NCBI GenBank assembly: GCA_964016885.1
Contig: OZ024740.1
Location: 11,594,001 to 11,658,000, forward strand
Reading direction: 5' to 3'
Source: Eledone cirrhosa
Taxonomy: Eukaryota
DNA: 64,000 nucleotides
Part shown: positions 52,641 to 62,420 of the stretch, one piece after another
How the letters are laid out: each line of letters opens with the position of its first letter
Numbering within the stretch: position 1 is the stretch's first letter
Notes under the pieces: generated by a model
What the model was told of the DNA's origin: nothing
Database searches by the model: none
Seen by the model: the letters and a program-made list of their open reading frames with translations, nothing else
Made by a program: the position numbers and the translations under genes

Positions 52641-54501
52641 TCGAAATAAAAAAAAAAAATCAATTCTATGTTGCTGTTGATACTTAAATATCCGACCATT
52701 ATTCCCTAATTCAAAGATCGTCACATCCCTTTAATTTCAAAATATTAAAACTTGAATTTTATTTCCATTTAAGATTATTTTCTCCGATAATTCGAGGTAG
52801 AAATGGAGCATCATTGCTGATAAATGACAAATATATGGAGATGGTATCTTTACTCGGATAGCTCTTGATACTAGCTAATATAACCTATTAGTTAAAAACT
52901 TGTATTTATTTTATTGACAGTAATAGTTCGTCAAATACTTTTATTTCACATAATTAGACATTTAATATAAAAAAAAAAAGAAAAGGAAAGTAGGGGAAGA
53001 CACACAAGGAACTGGGTTGATGGTGTGCCCGTGGCAAAAATCAGTAGCATACCCAGCTGTCTGAGGGAGATGTAATTGTCGATGTAGCAAGGCACTTGAT
53101 TCAACGTAGATAGCTTCGCTCAAGTTAATATCCTCTCAATACTGGATTGTCCACAGTTGATGGGGGAAAGGTTAAATGGTCAATCCTTTGCCCCTGGGTA
53201 AGAGATGACTCCACAGTTAGCGACTATTTTACTCCTTCCCACAATGGATGCTGAAAAGAAGGTGAGGGTAACCGCATCCGTAGCTGAACGGAATAAAATT
53301 CTAAAATACCAGGAATTCTCGGTAAACTAGTTTTCCAGTCCTGGATGAGTTGGGCCGCTGACAACGAGGTTGTTGTCTTGTCAAACCGAGGTATCAGGTG
53401 ATGCCTGTGGGGGTACTTGTTTGTTGGCTTATGATTGTGTCTTTTCCCTATGAAAGATCAAATTATTAGCTCAGAAGCCGAGAAAACACTCGCCAGACAT
53501 GAAGTAAAGTTTGGTTACTTTATTTTAACAGCGAAAATAGAAATCTACCAGTGAATGAATATACAAGAAAACAGCTTTAATTTCCAATGTTGTTACGACT
53601 AATATCTGCATAGATTTAACCAACCTCTTGTTAAGCTGCACCTCACAGGAACTATCTGAGGTACTTTAACAAAACGGTCCCTAGTCCTATCATAAATAAT
53701 TTTCAATATTAATTAATGATTTTTGATTCAGAAAATATATTTACAAATAAAGTAATAGAATGTTTGTAAATAAATTAGATATTTTCTTTCATTCAGTTGA
53801 TTATATTCAATGAAACTCATCAATACATAAAGTTTAATTATTATTGTAGAATTAATTCCAATTAAATAATAAGAAAATTATTGCCGTATGAAAAGGTGAT
53901 AAAATAATTTATTATACACAAGTTTCGATTAATAAGTTAACTGTATGAAAAGTTTTTAAAATAGAAATATATAAATCATAGCAGTGTATAATTTTCTGAT
54001 TGTCCAGTTTTGGGAGAGATTTTATTAATGAGTAATAACATTAGTCATTAAGCTGGTGTTTCCTTAATTCTTCTCATTAAGTAAGTATTACTAATTAATT
54101 CAACCCCTCCCCCTCCTCGCTACATTACATATGATGGCTCTAATTTTATTTTATTTTCGTAGTTTAAGTACAAAAAAATTGGATATTTTCACTAAGCCCG
54201 AAATGTTAATAAGTTTAATGAAGACAAAAAAGAGGGCTATATTATTTAGACCTCAGCAATCGAAGCAGGTAAACGATAAATGAAAGAACTTAATATGATT
54301 TAATAACAGTTAGAATATGAGAAATAAATAAAACAACTGGTTACATCATCGGACAAGTAAAGTCTCATAAAATTCCTACCTTATTGATGCAGAATTAAAT
54401 ATATTATAGTTTAGGGAGGAGGATATCCCGCAGATAATGGTTACCTAACAACACGGAGTTTAAGTGAAATCTTATATGGAACATGAATTATAAACACACT
54501 G

Positions 54502-55599
54502 TTAAGGCACGTGTGTCAACATGTTTAAAACATCAGTTCGTACACGTATTCGTTGGACAGTTGAGTCAGTGCCGCGATAATGATAAGCGGAGTCTTTCTC
54601 TTGAATAATTCCTGCCGTTTGAATGGTGTAATAGAACGATGTGAAAGGGGCAATCGGAGATTTAGCTACCATTACTTGTCTAAGGACGGAATCCACGTAT
54701 TCAACTATTAGACGTGTATTTACACTGTGACTCCAAGTATTTCCCAATGCTACGGTCGCATATGTACAGCTCGAGTTACTAGTTTGAAAATCTTTAGTGG
54801 CGGTCTTCAACTTAGTTGTAATTTGGTTGGTAACAATCACTGGGATTTGAAAAGATTCTGAAATATACTTGAGTAAGGCAGCGGTTCTAGTGAGGAAATT
54901 AGATCGTTCTGCCATATTATTATCTATCTGACTTCCGTATTCTTTCCTAACCAAAGAAGCGATCGAATCGACAATAAGTAGCTTCACTTTCCGAGATATT
55001 ATGTCCATTTCGAGTTCTTGGAATCTTTTTATCAAACTGTTACATGTCGAGTGGAAATCGATTAAGATATTCTCTGTGAGATTCTTCAACCGGTCTTCAT
55101 TGCTAAAGTACTCTGGATACTTATTTCGGGCTATTTCCACCAACCTGCTGGCACTGAAAGCTGATTCGGTATCAATGTAGATGACACTACCAGACATACC
55201 TTTCATCTCTATCGGTAATGTAGCCAATAAAGATAACATCAAACAGAACTGTGTTTTCCCGCACCCTGCTGGCCCCGCCAGTTCTGTGATACTGCCAGTA
55301 GGAATTCCTCCATGGAGCACTTTGTCCAAGTCAGGCAATGACGTGGCGAAAAACGGACATTTGTCCGTCTTTAGTCTTCTCTTCTCTAATAGTTGTGCTG
55401 CAGTACAAGATTTCGGAGTACATAGTAAACTTACATTTCGTATAAGCTCCTCAATTGATGACTGGCCTTTTCCTACGATTTTGAACAACTCTAGATTTGA
55501 TCGAGTCAATACATCTTTACAAGTCCTGATATTTTGCTGCTGGAGTCTATTTAAGTCATCAGTATTGCACGAGGTCCTCCTAATCTTCCTTAGTGCCAT
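54502..55599 (-). CDS. RAD51B: DNA repair protein RAD51 homolog 2 (RAD51B), single coding exon, 365 aa from MALRKIRR
   Basis: Walker A GPAGCGKT and Walker B LLIVD. RAD51B-typical motifs YIDTESAFSA.RLVEIA, LGNTWSHSVNTRLI and AKSP.APFTSF.YTI. ATG at 55599 aligns with the known RAD51B N-terminus. No stops or frameshifts. Confidence 0.95.
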   Translation of the reverse strand: MALRKIRRTSCNTDDLNRLQQQNIRTCKDVLTRSNLELFKIVGKGQSSIEELIRNVSLLCTPKSCTAAQLLEKRRLKTDKCPFFATSLPDLDKVLHGGIPTGSITELAGPAGCGKTQFCLMLSLLATLPIEMKGMSGSVIYIDTESAFSASRLVEIARNKYPEYFSNEDRLKNLTENILIDFHSTCNSLIKRFQELEMDIISRKVKLLIVDSIASLVRKEYGSQIDNNMAERSNFLTRTAALLKYISESFQIPVIVTNQITTKLKTATKDFQTSNSSCTYATVALGNTWSHSVNTRLIVEYVDSVLRQVMVAKSPIAPFTSFYYTIQTAGIIQEKDSAYHYRGTDSTVQRIRVRTDVLNMLTHVP

Positions 55600-56235
55600 A
55601 ACCCAAGACTTTACAGCAGAATAAAAACAGTTCCATAGAAAAGATAATCCTACAAGAAAGAAAGTAAGAAATCTTTCACCGGTACCAACATTAAACGGTG
55701 TCAAAGGAAGAATGTTCCTTTCGTAAAACACAACCACTGGATAATGATTTTCAACACCAGTTTAATTAACTAAATAGATTTAAAATAAATAAAGCTAGCT
55801 GATTATGTGTTGCAACGTATACATTGGAAAGAGCATAACCATGTCTCCAAACTAATTGTTATTTAGTATCGGAATTATAACGTTAAGCTAACACTTCTCT
55901 TATCCCTGGACAAGTCACCACCTTATTACATTCATAGAATTATTCTAGATAAATGTCACCATAGTTAGGTAACATAGAATAAAATATTCGACATAGTCCC
56001 TGTGGTCTGATTTGAACTCACAAAAGGAAAATACTAAAAAAAAACTGAATAGACTAGAAACCGGGATGGATATTTTAAATAACAATTACCGCCCGTAATT
56101 ATAAGTGATTTCCACTCTATATATAAGATTATGGCTTCAAGGAGGAGTAAATGAAAGCTACGAGTGAAGGTTACAGATGTAGGGAGCAGACCATCATACC
56201 TTATATCAGGATATAAAATATAGGTGTATTACAAA

Positions 56236-56375
56236 GAAAATGAAAATATTTCGTCCGATTCACCGGATTCATTCTACATGCTCTGCTTATGTAAACACAT
56301 GAACAGCAATCCTAACCTTAACGTGTATATATGCAATGAATCCTGTTAATCAGACGAAATATTTACATTTTCTTC
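56236..56375. mobile_element. Small hairpin MITE; related sequence at ~59695-59770
   Basis: AAATATTTCGTCCGATTCACCGGATTCATT pairs with AATGAATCCTGTTAATCAGACGAAATATTT. Confidence 0.65.
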
Positions 56376-56729
56376 AAACGATATCTGAAGTTATTTCAAT
56401 TTACACAGATGTTATACACGTCATACGCTAGCTTATTTATTAAATTATGTAAATACTGTGTATGGTTGGTAATAATGATACGTGATGTAGTAAACCAAAG
56501 AATTTTAATTACTTGAAATTACACCTTTAGTGATAAGAACAAAATATTTTCCAGTGTATAGGACGTAGTTTTTTAAAATTCAAGGGCAGACAACTCCAAA
56601 ATTTCACCCCAATTTCGACATTATCAACTTTTAATTCGCCATTGTCAATCTCGATTTCGTGCTCGTTAACTTTAATTTAATTATCAATTTTAATATAGTG
56701 TATATCAACGATATTATTCATCAGCCATC

Positions 56730-57725
56730 ATGTTCAACCAAAGGAAGAAAATTTCAAATGAAACTAGAAGAATAATTGTATCCCATTATGATGAAGGTTG
56801 TACAGCGACTGAAATTGCTTCTCTATTAGAAATTCCTCGAACGACTGTTCAAACTATTTTACAAATATACAAGCAAAACGGTCGCATCGAACAAAAGAAT
56901 CGAGGAGGCTTTCGAAGCAGTAAAATTTCGGAAGAAATTAAAAATTTTATACAATCCTCAGTAGACGAAAAATGTCATATATCTTTAAAAGTGTTGTCTG
57001 ATATGGTTTTTGATCGTTTTAACGTGAGGTTTTCAAAAACAAGTGTTGATAAATATCTTAAAAGTTTCCATTATACATTCGAAAGATGTAAAGCGATTTC
57101 TGAAAGAACTTTAACTCCGGAGAACATTACACGAAAAATAAGTTTCGCCAGAGAATTTCAAGACCTTTTGACAGAAAAGGCTGAAAAGAAAATATTTATT
57201 ATTGGAGAAGTTGGATTCAGCATTTGCACGAGATCTAAATATGTTAGATCAAGAATTGGACAAATTCCTGTGAGGACACCGCCTGGATTACATACGCGAA
57301 ATATAAGTATATGTTGTGCCATGAACACATATGGGGAAATCTACCATAAACAGAAAACTGGTGCTTTCGACTCGTCAAGTTTTTATGATTTTATTAACAC
57401 ATTTCTTTACTGGATCGATGAAAAACACTTGGAGAATTGTACACTGGTCTTGGACAATGTTCCTGTTCATGAGAATAGGAATGTTTATCAATTAATTAAG
57501 TCAAAATACCACGAAGTACTATCTCTACCCCCAAATATACCAAAGTTTAACCCTATTGAAATCATGTTTAGTAAGTGGAAGGACCACATTAACAGAAGTG
57601 AACCAAAGAATGTTGACGACTTAAATAATTTCATCAACAATGGACTAACTTTGTTTACCGAAGACGATTGCGCTGGATTTTTTAGGAATATGTTAAGAGA
57701 GTTAAGAAATGTAAATGATAAATAA
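56730..57725 (+). CDS. IS630/Tc1/mariner-family transposase-like protein (HTH + DDE_3-type domain, D34E spacing) with first catalytic D replaced by G
   Basis: N-terminal HTH (TATEIASLLEIPRTTVQTIL). FIIGEVGF stands where xxxDExGF is expected; VLDNVPVH and LPPNIPKFNPIE follow, with 34 residues between D and E. Uninterrupted 331 aa. Confidence 0.88.
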   Translation: MFNQRKKISNETRRIIVSHYDEGCTATEIASLLEIPRTTVQTILQIYKQNGRIEQKNRGGFRSSKISEEIKNFIQSSVDEKCHISLKVLSDMVFDRFNVRFSKTSVDKYLKSFHYTFERCKAISERTLTPENITRKISFAREFQDLLTEKAEKKIFIIGEVGFSICTRSKYVRSRIGQIPVRTPPGLHTRNISICCAMNTYGEIYHKQKTGAFDSSSFYDFINTFLYWIDEKHLENCTLVLDNVPVHENRNVYQLIKSKYHEVLSLPPNIPKFNPIEIMFSKWKDHINRSEPKNVDDLNNFINNGLTLFTEDDCAGFFRNMLRELRNVNDK

Positions 57726-57945
57726 ATCGCTAAACTAATGTTATTTCTGTTTGTCGTATTGTTTATAGTATGTAGTTTTAAATGTATGTATATTTACGGT
57801 GATTGTTTTCCGATACAAAACTTTAAAATGTTTACATTATTTTAGAATTCTGCGACAAGTAACCACTTCTGCCAATGTCTGTTACATCACTCTTCATAAT
57901 AAACAAATATTCACTCCATCCTATAGTGGTATTAAGTTTTTATTA

Positions 57946-57978
<33 letters not shown>

Positions 57979-58456
57979 ACATTACAAATATGATATCGTT
58001 GATAAGCACAAATATAAACACATAACAAATACAATTAAATATTGCTAGGAACCTCATAAAAACAACAAAATATATGATCAGAAAAAGGGGGAAAAGAAAA
58101 CGACCATCAATTGACCACGAAATGCGGCAATCGGCCACACATCATATAGTATGACGAAATTAAGGTATAAACCCTGTAAAATTACTTAAATATGAAATGC
58201 TGTGGGGACTGACCCGTCCTAGAAAATGTACTCGAATATCTACGTTTGGTGTGTAATTTATTATGCGCCGGTGGTAGGGTTTCAACTTTCAACGACCTTT
58301 AATACATTTTCATCTGGCGAGACTTCTCCCACATTTTCTGTCATTTAAAAAAATTGTTTAACAATAAGATATAGATTAAAAATACTTGACATATATATTT
58401 ATTTTTTACCAGCGACGTGTTGTACAATTTTGACTCAACAGCGATGTGTTGTACAA

Positions 58457-58664
58457 TTTCGACATACTAGAAATAGTAGCCAACTTACAACCGAGCGACT
58501 TAAAGGAAGGACGTATTAGATATATTATGTCTGAATAAAAGATGAAATATTGATGGCTGAAATGTTTTTATTTCATCTTTTATTCAGACATAATATATCT
58601 AATACGTCCTTCCTTTATTAAGTCAGTCGGCTGTAAGTTGGCTACTATTTCTAGTATGTCGAAA
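58457..58664. repeat. Near-perfect palindrome (arms ~93 bp, loop 19 nt)
   Basis: TTTCGACATACTAGAAATAGTAGCCAACTTACA...GATGAAATA pairs with TATTTCATC...TGTAAGTTGGCTACTATTTCTAGTATGTCGAAA. Confidence 0.93.
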
Positions 58665-58693
58665 GACTGGTTTTTTAATCCCAAAGCAACTTA

Positions 58694-58851
58694 CCTTATT
58701 TCCCGGCGCCGAAGACGCTTCGTCCTCGAGGACGCACCCTAATTTTGACAACCAAAAAAATAAAAAACAACTTTCGGCCTCCAGGATGCATGGTAGATTT
58801 TTGAGACTTATTTTAGGGGAAAGGTAGCATCTTCGATGCCGGGAAATATGG
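58694..58851. mobile_element. pogo/Tigger-like MITE with TA TSD
   Basis: TA|CCTTATTTCCCGGCGCCGAAGACGC ... GCATCTTCGATGCCGGGAAATATGG|TA. Confidence 0.78.
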
Positions 58852-59297
58852 TAAGTCTTGATCGAGCACATCTGTGGTAAAAGACATTCCAGGCGTGTCT
58901 ATTCTGTTCTTTTTTTGTTTTTGGTGTATATAAGAGACTACATCACATTGTCCGATGTGTTCTTTATTTTAGAGAGTAGAGTGTGAAATGAAGGAGATTT
59001 GGATACTATTTTTAGCAGTTCGAGTGACCACATATACGATTCATATAATTACCACATGGAAATTGTCAAGGGAGATAATTCACACAATAGATTCCATCTC
59101 AAAAGTTTAATTTAAATAATAAACAGCAGCAATTTATCCGGGAACCTTGAAAGATCTAGCAGCGACCTGGGGCAATGCAGCAACTTCTACGTAAGTAACT
59201 CCAGCTATTTGTTATTCCAACATTAGTTGAATTTTAGCTTTACAACAATGTGACAGCAGTATGTGTTCCGAGCTTCTTAAACAAACACTACATAAAC

Positions 59298-59432
59298 CAG
59301 CGGCTCCCAAACTTTTCACTACCAAGAACTCTGTTCATTTAAATGAATTTTCGCACTAGCCCCATGATTTTTGAGAAGTTTGCCTACTCGACAATCTGAC
59401 AGACCACGCAGAACTACTTTTGAGAATCGCTG
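59298..59432. mobile_element. hAT (Charlie-like) MITE
   Basis: CAGCGGCTCCCAAA ... TTTGAGAATCGCTG terminal inverted repeats; TSD degenerate. Confidence 0.65.
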
Positions 59433-59439
59433 AAATTTA

Positions 59440-59633
59440 CGAGGGTCAACTGAAAAGTTCATAGGCGGGCCAAGATACTCTTATGGAATAACCAAATGAG
59501 GTTTATTTTTCAACATAGTCTCTGGAAAGAAACAATACAGCTATTAATAATAAGAGTTTAAATTAATGCAAGATTTCACCACTCTAGCATGACTCCTTCA
59601 TAGTCAGCCTATGAACTGTTCAGTCGACCTTCG
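59440..59633. mobile_element. mariner-type MITE with TA TSD
   Basis: TA|CGAGGGTCAACTGAAAAGTTCATAGGC ... GCCTATGAACTGTTCAGTCGACCTTCG|TA. Confidence 0.82.
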
Positions 59634-60886
59634 TATATATATTTGAACCGGTAGCAATAGAAGGTGTGTCATTAACAATAGATATAAAACTAATCACAAT
59701 CCCAACCCTCACCTTAACATATATACACAATGAATTTAGTGAATCGGACGAGATATTTCCATTTTTTCTTCTATTGTCAATAATACCTGTTAAAAGTAAG
59801 GGAAATTATTAGTGTCCCTCTTTCCATTTCACTAACATCATATACAAACAGCGTGTGTAGACAGCAATTTTCATTATATTTCAGTTTCTTTTGTTCTATT
59901 TTAACTACAATTTTCCCAATTACTATATATATTCCATTACATGTAACAGTGTTTGTTTTTCTATCTTAATCACAGTTTTCACTTATAGTAGCATGTATAC
60001 AAAAAAACTAATTTCTTTTCGTCGTTTGTGTTTACGTCTCGGTTTTTGATTTTCTATCTGTAAATTTCACTTTCATTTTAATAAAATCCTCAAATAAGAC
60101 TTCCTCGCAGTTGTCCACCCCCGCTTCCAACAATATATCTTAATCCACCCGAAACATATTTTTAAGGGTAGGCGTTGTTGTTGTTGTTTAGCTGTAGAGT
60201 AAACCTGACCAAATATTTCAAGACCTGATGTATATCATGTTTCACGGACACACACACAGAGGCCATTCAAAACATTACAATGTAATTTGAGGAAGAAAAA
60301 AAAAGCAGTGTGGGGGGGGGGGGGGTATTCAAGATCTGAGTGTGCTTATGAGTTGATATTTTCGTCTTTAGTCCATCAAGTATCGTCTTTCATCAAACTT
60401 CCGCTTTTCAACAATAACTTCGTTGTTTTGTTTTTTTATACAGTAGCTTTAGTTCCATCCAGAGTAGCTACATGTGAAGAAATAGCCTACATTTCATAGA
60501 AAGCAATTATAAGGATAAAGGAAAAAACAATGAATGTTGAGGATGGCTCTGAACAGTAATCAGTATACAGTGAGGATGAAGAACTCAGAGATGTACGGGA
60601 ACCTCTCGAAAGTAACACAGAGGCGACTGAGGTTAGCTGGACTGCTCACCGGCATTCAGAGTTGACACTGCACTCACTGGTCCTGTGGAGGCCCCTACAT
60701 GGATACACTAGAAGAGGGAGACCGAGGATAACATATTGATTCCCTAAGGAATCAATATGTTATCCTCGAGATTAGTCTCTGGGAGACGTGGGACATAGCG
60801 ACGATGATGGAGGACAGAGGTCACTGAAGAGAACTCGTCCATGGATCTCGGTAATTTTACCCTCCCTAGACACACGTGCACTTGCA

Positions 60887-60923
<37 letters not shown>

Positions 60924-61074
60924 GGGGGTCACCATTATGTAGTGGATAGATGTATTCTTTTCATGATGAATGTTGCTAGAATTGTGATGTTGACAATAAC
61001 GACATTCTCACTTGTTGGTACATTGAATATCAAGTAATAAAATCGTGACAGCAATTATCACTACATTATTTTCT

Positions 61075-61255
61075 TTGGCAGTATCGGTAGAGGGCCGGAC
61101 GCCATGCTTTGACGCATAGTTACGGCCCCTGCCATTCTGAGTTCAAATCCCGCCGAGGTTAACTTTGCCTTTCATCCTTACGGGGGTCGATAAAATAAAG
61201 TACCAGTAATGCACTGGGTAATTGCTGGCCTTGTGCCAAAAAGTAGAAACAATTA
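61075..61255 (+). mobile_element. tRNA-derived SINE, family 1
   Basis: Nearly identical to 26617-26803. Confidence 0.88.
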
Positions 61256-61827
61256 TTTTCTTACTAGCTTCTTCAAGCTAGCGTGTATGCACGTATCAAT
61301 AAAACGATACAATAGAAGTGAAATGACAGGAAGACAAAAGGGATAGACAAAGTGTAGTAGTGAACAATATAATGAAACCTACTCTGTGTGGCTGTGTGTG
61401 TTTATCCTTAGTTTATGTTGTTCCTGTAGTTGGTCAATCTGCCGAGCTGGTATGAAATGTGAGAGCCTGTAAGGCAAGGAGAGAGATAGAGTAAAAGGTC
61501 TGTAGAACGTGAATATGCTACATCGTTAACCTCTCACGGGCTGCTGCTCGGGGTCTCTCTGGTGGATTCCCTAAGTACTTGTATTTATAATAACCCTAGA
61601 AGGATGTGTATATGGGTTGATTTAGTAGTAGCCATGTGAGTTTCATCTGTCAAGAGCCTGGGGTCACAGGTCAAGTGGTATATATGTTTATCATAGTTGT
61701 CTCTTGATAGGACAATGGTGGGAACTCCCAACAATAGGTAGTTTTAGAGGCGAGAACTCTCAGATTTGGTTTTGAATCTTCGCCAGGTAAAACATAGGAG
61801 TATTCTATTACATACATATATATATAT

Positions 61828-62420
61828 CTGGACGCCGTCTGGCTGACCAGTTCGCTGAGCACCTCCGCCGGTCACTTCACTCAGAAATTGACTGTCTGCG
61901 GCTTGATTGCAGACCCTGGAACCACCAATGCCCGACTTAGGGCTGAACAAGACACCATCTTCCTATTACAGACTTGCACCCACCACCGGTTTGAACTCCC
62001 CACCCCTCTTCCTTTACCCTTCGACTGACGCCCCCTATCTGTCCCTCCCCTGCTAACACCTCTAACCTCTACCCACAAACGCCAACACCTCACCACCCTA
62101 CTAGTACTACCAAATGCTGCCCTACCTTCCCCCTTACAACACACACCAGTATATATACACTCACATGTATGTACACATGAACCTTCCCCTCTCCCATCCC
62201 CTCCCTTTACTATCACCACCAACCTCTACTCACACACCCACACCTCGCCACCCTACTAACACTTCTACTATTAAACACCCCCTACCACCACCACCACTCT
62301 TACCTTCAACATTACCCCTGTTCACCACATCCTAAACACACACACACACCAATATATACACTCACTCCCACCAACCTACCTCCTCACATGTCCACCAAAC
62401 CTTCTGCACACACATAACAT
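61828..62420 (+). mobile_element. Penelope-like element fragment (GIY-YIG endonuclease C-terminal half plus C-rich tail)
   Basis: Manual translation across a frameshift gives GRRLADQFAEHLR...GHF...LTVCGL...ARLRAEQDTIFLLQT, resembling the PLE motifs RRL.DRF.EH and R...E...I..L.T..P.GLN. Confidence 0.62.

Noticed and set aside
55181-55624. 147-aa + strand ORF
   Set aside because: Antisense shadow of RAD51B.
55600-55737. 46-aa N-terminal extension of the 411-aa RAD51B ORF
   Set aside because: It starts at a non-ATG codon and crosses a polypyrimidine/AG acceptor; homology begins at MALRK (55599).
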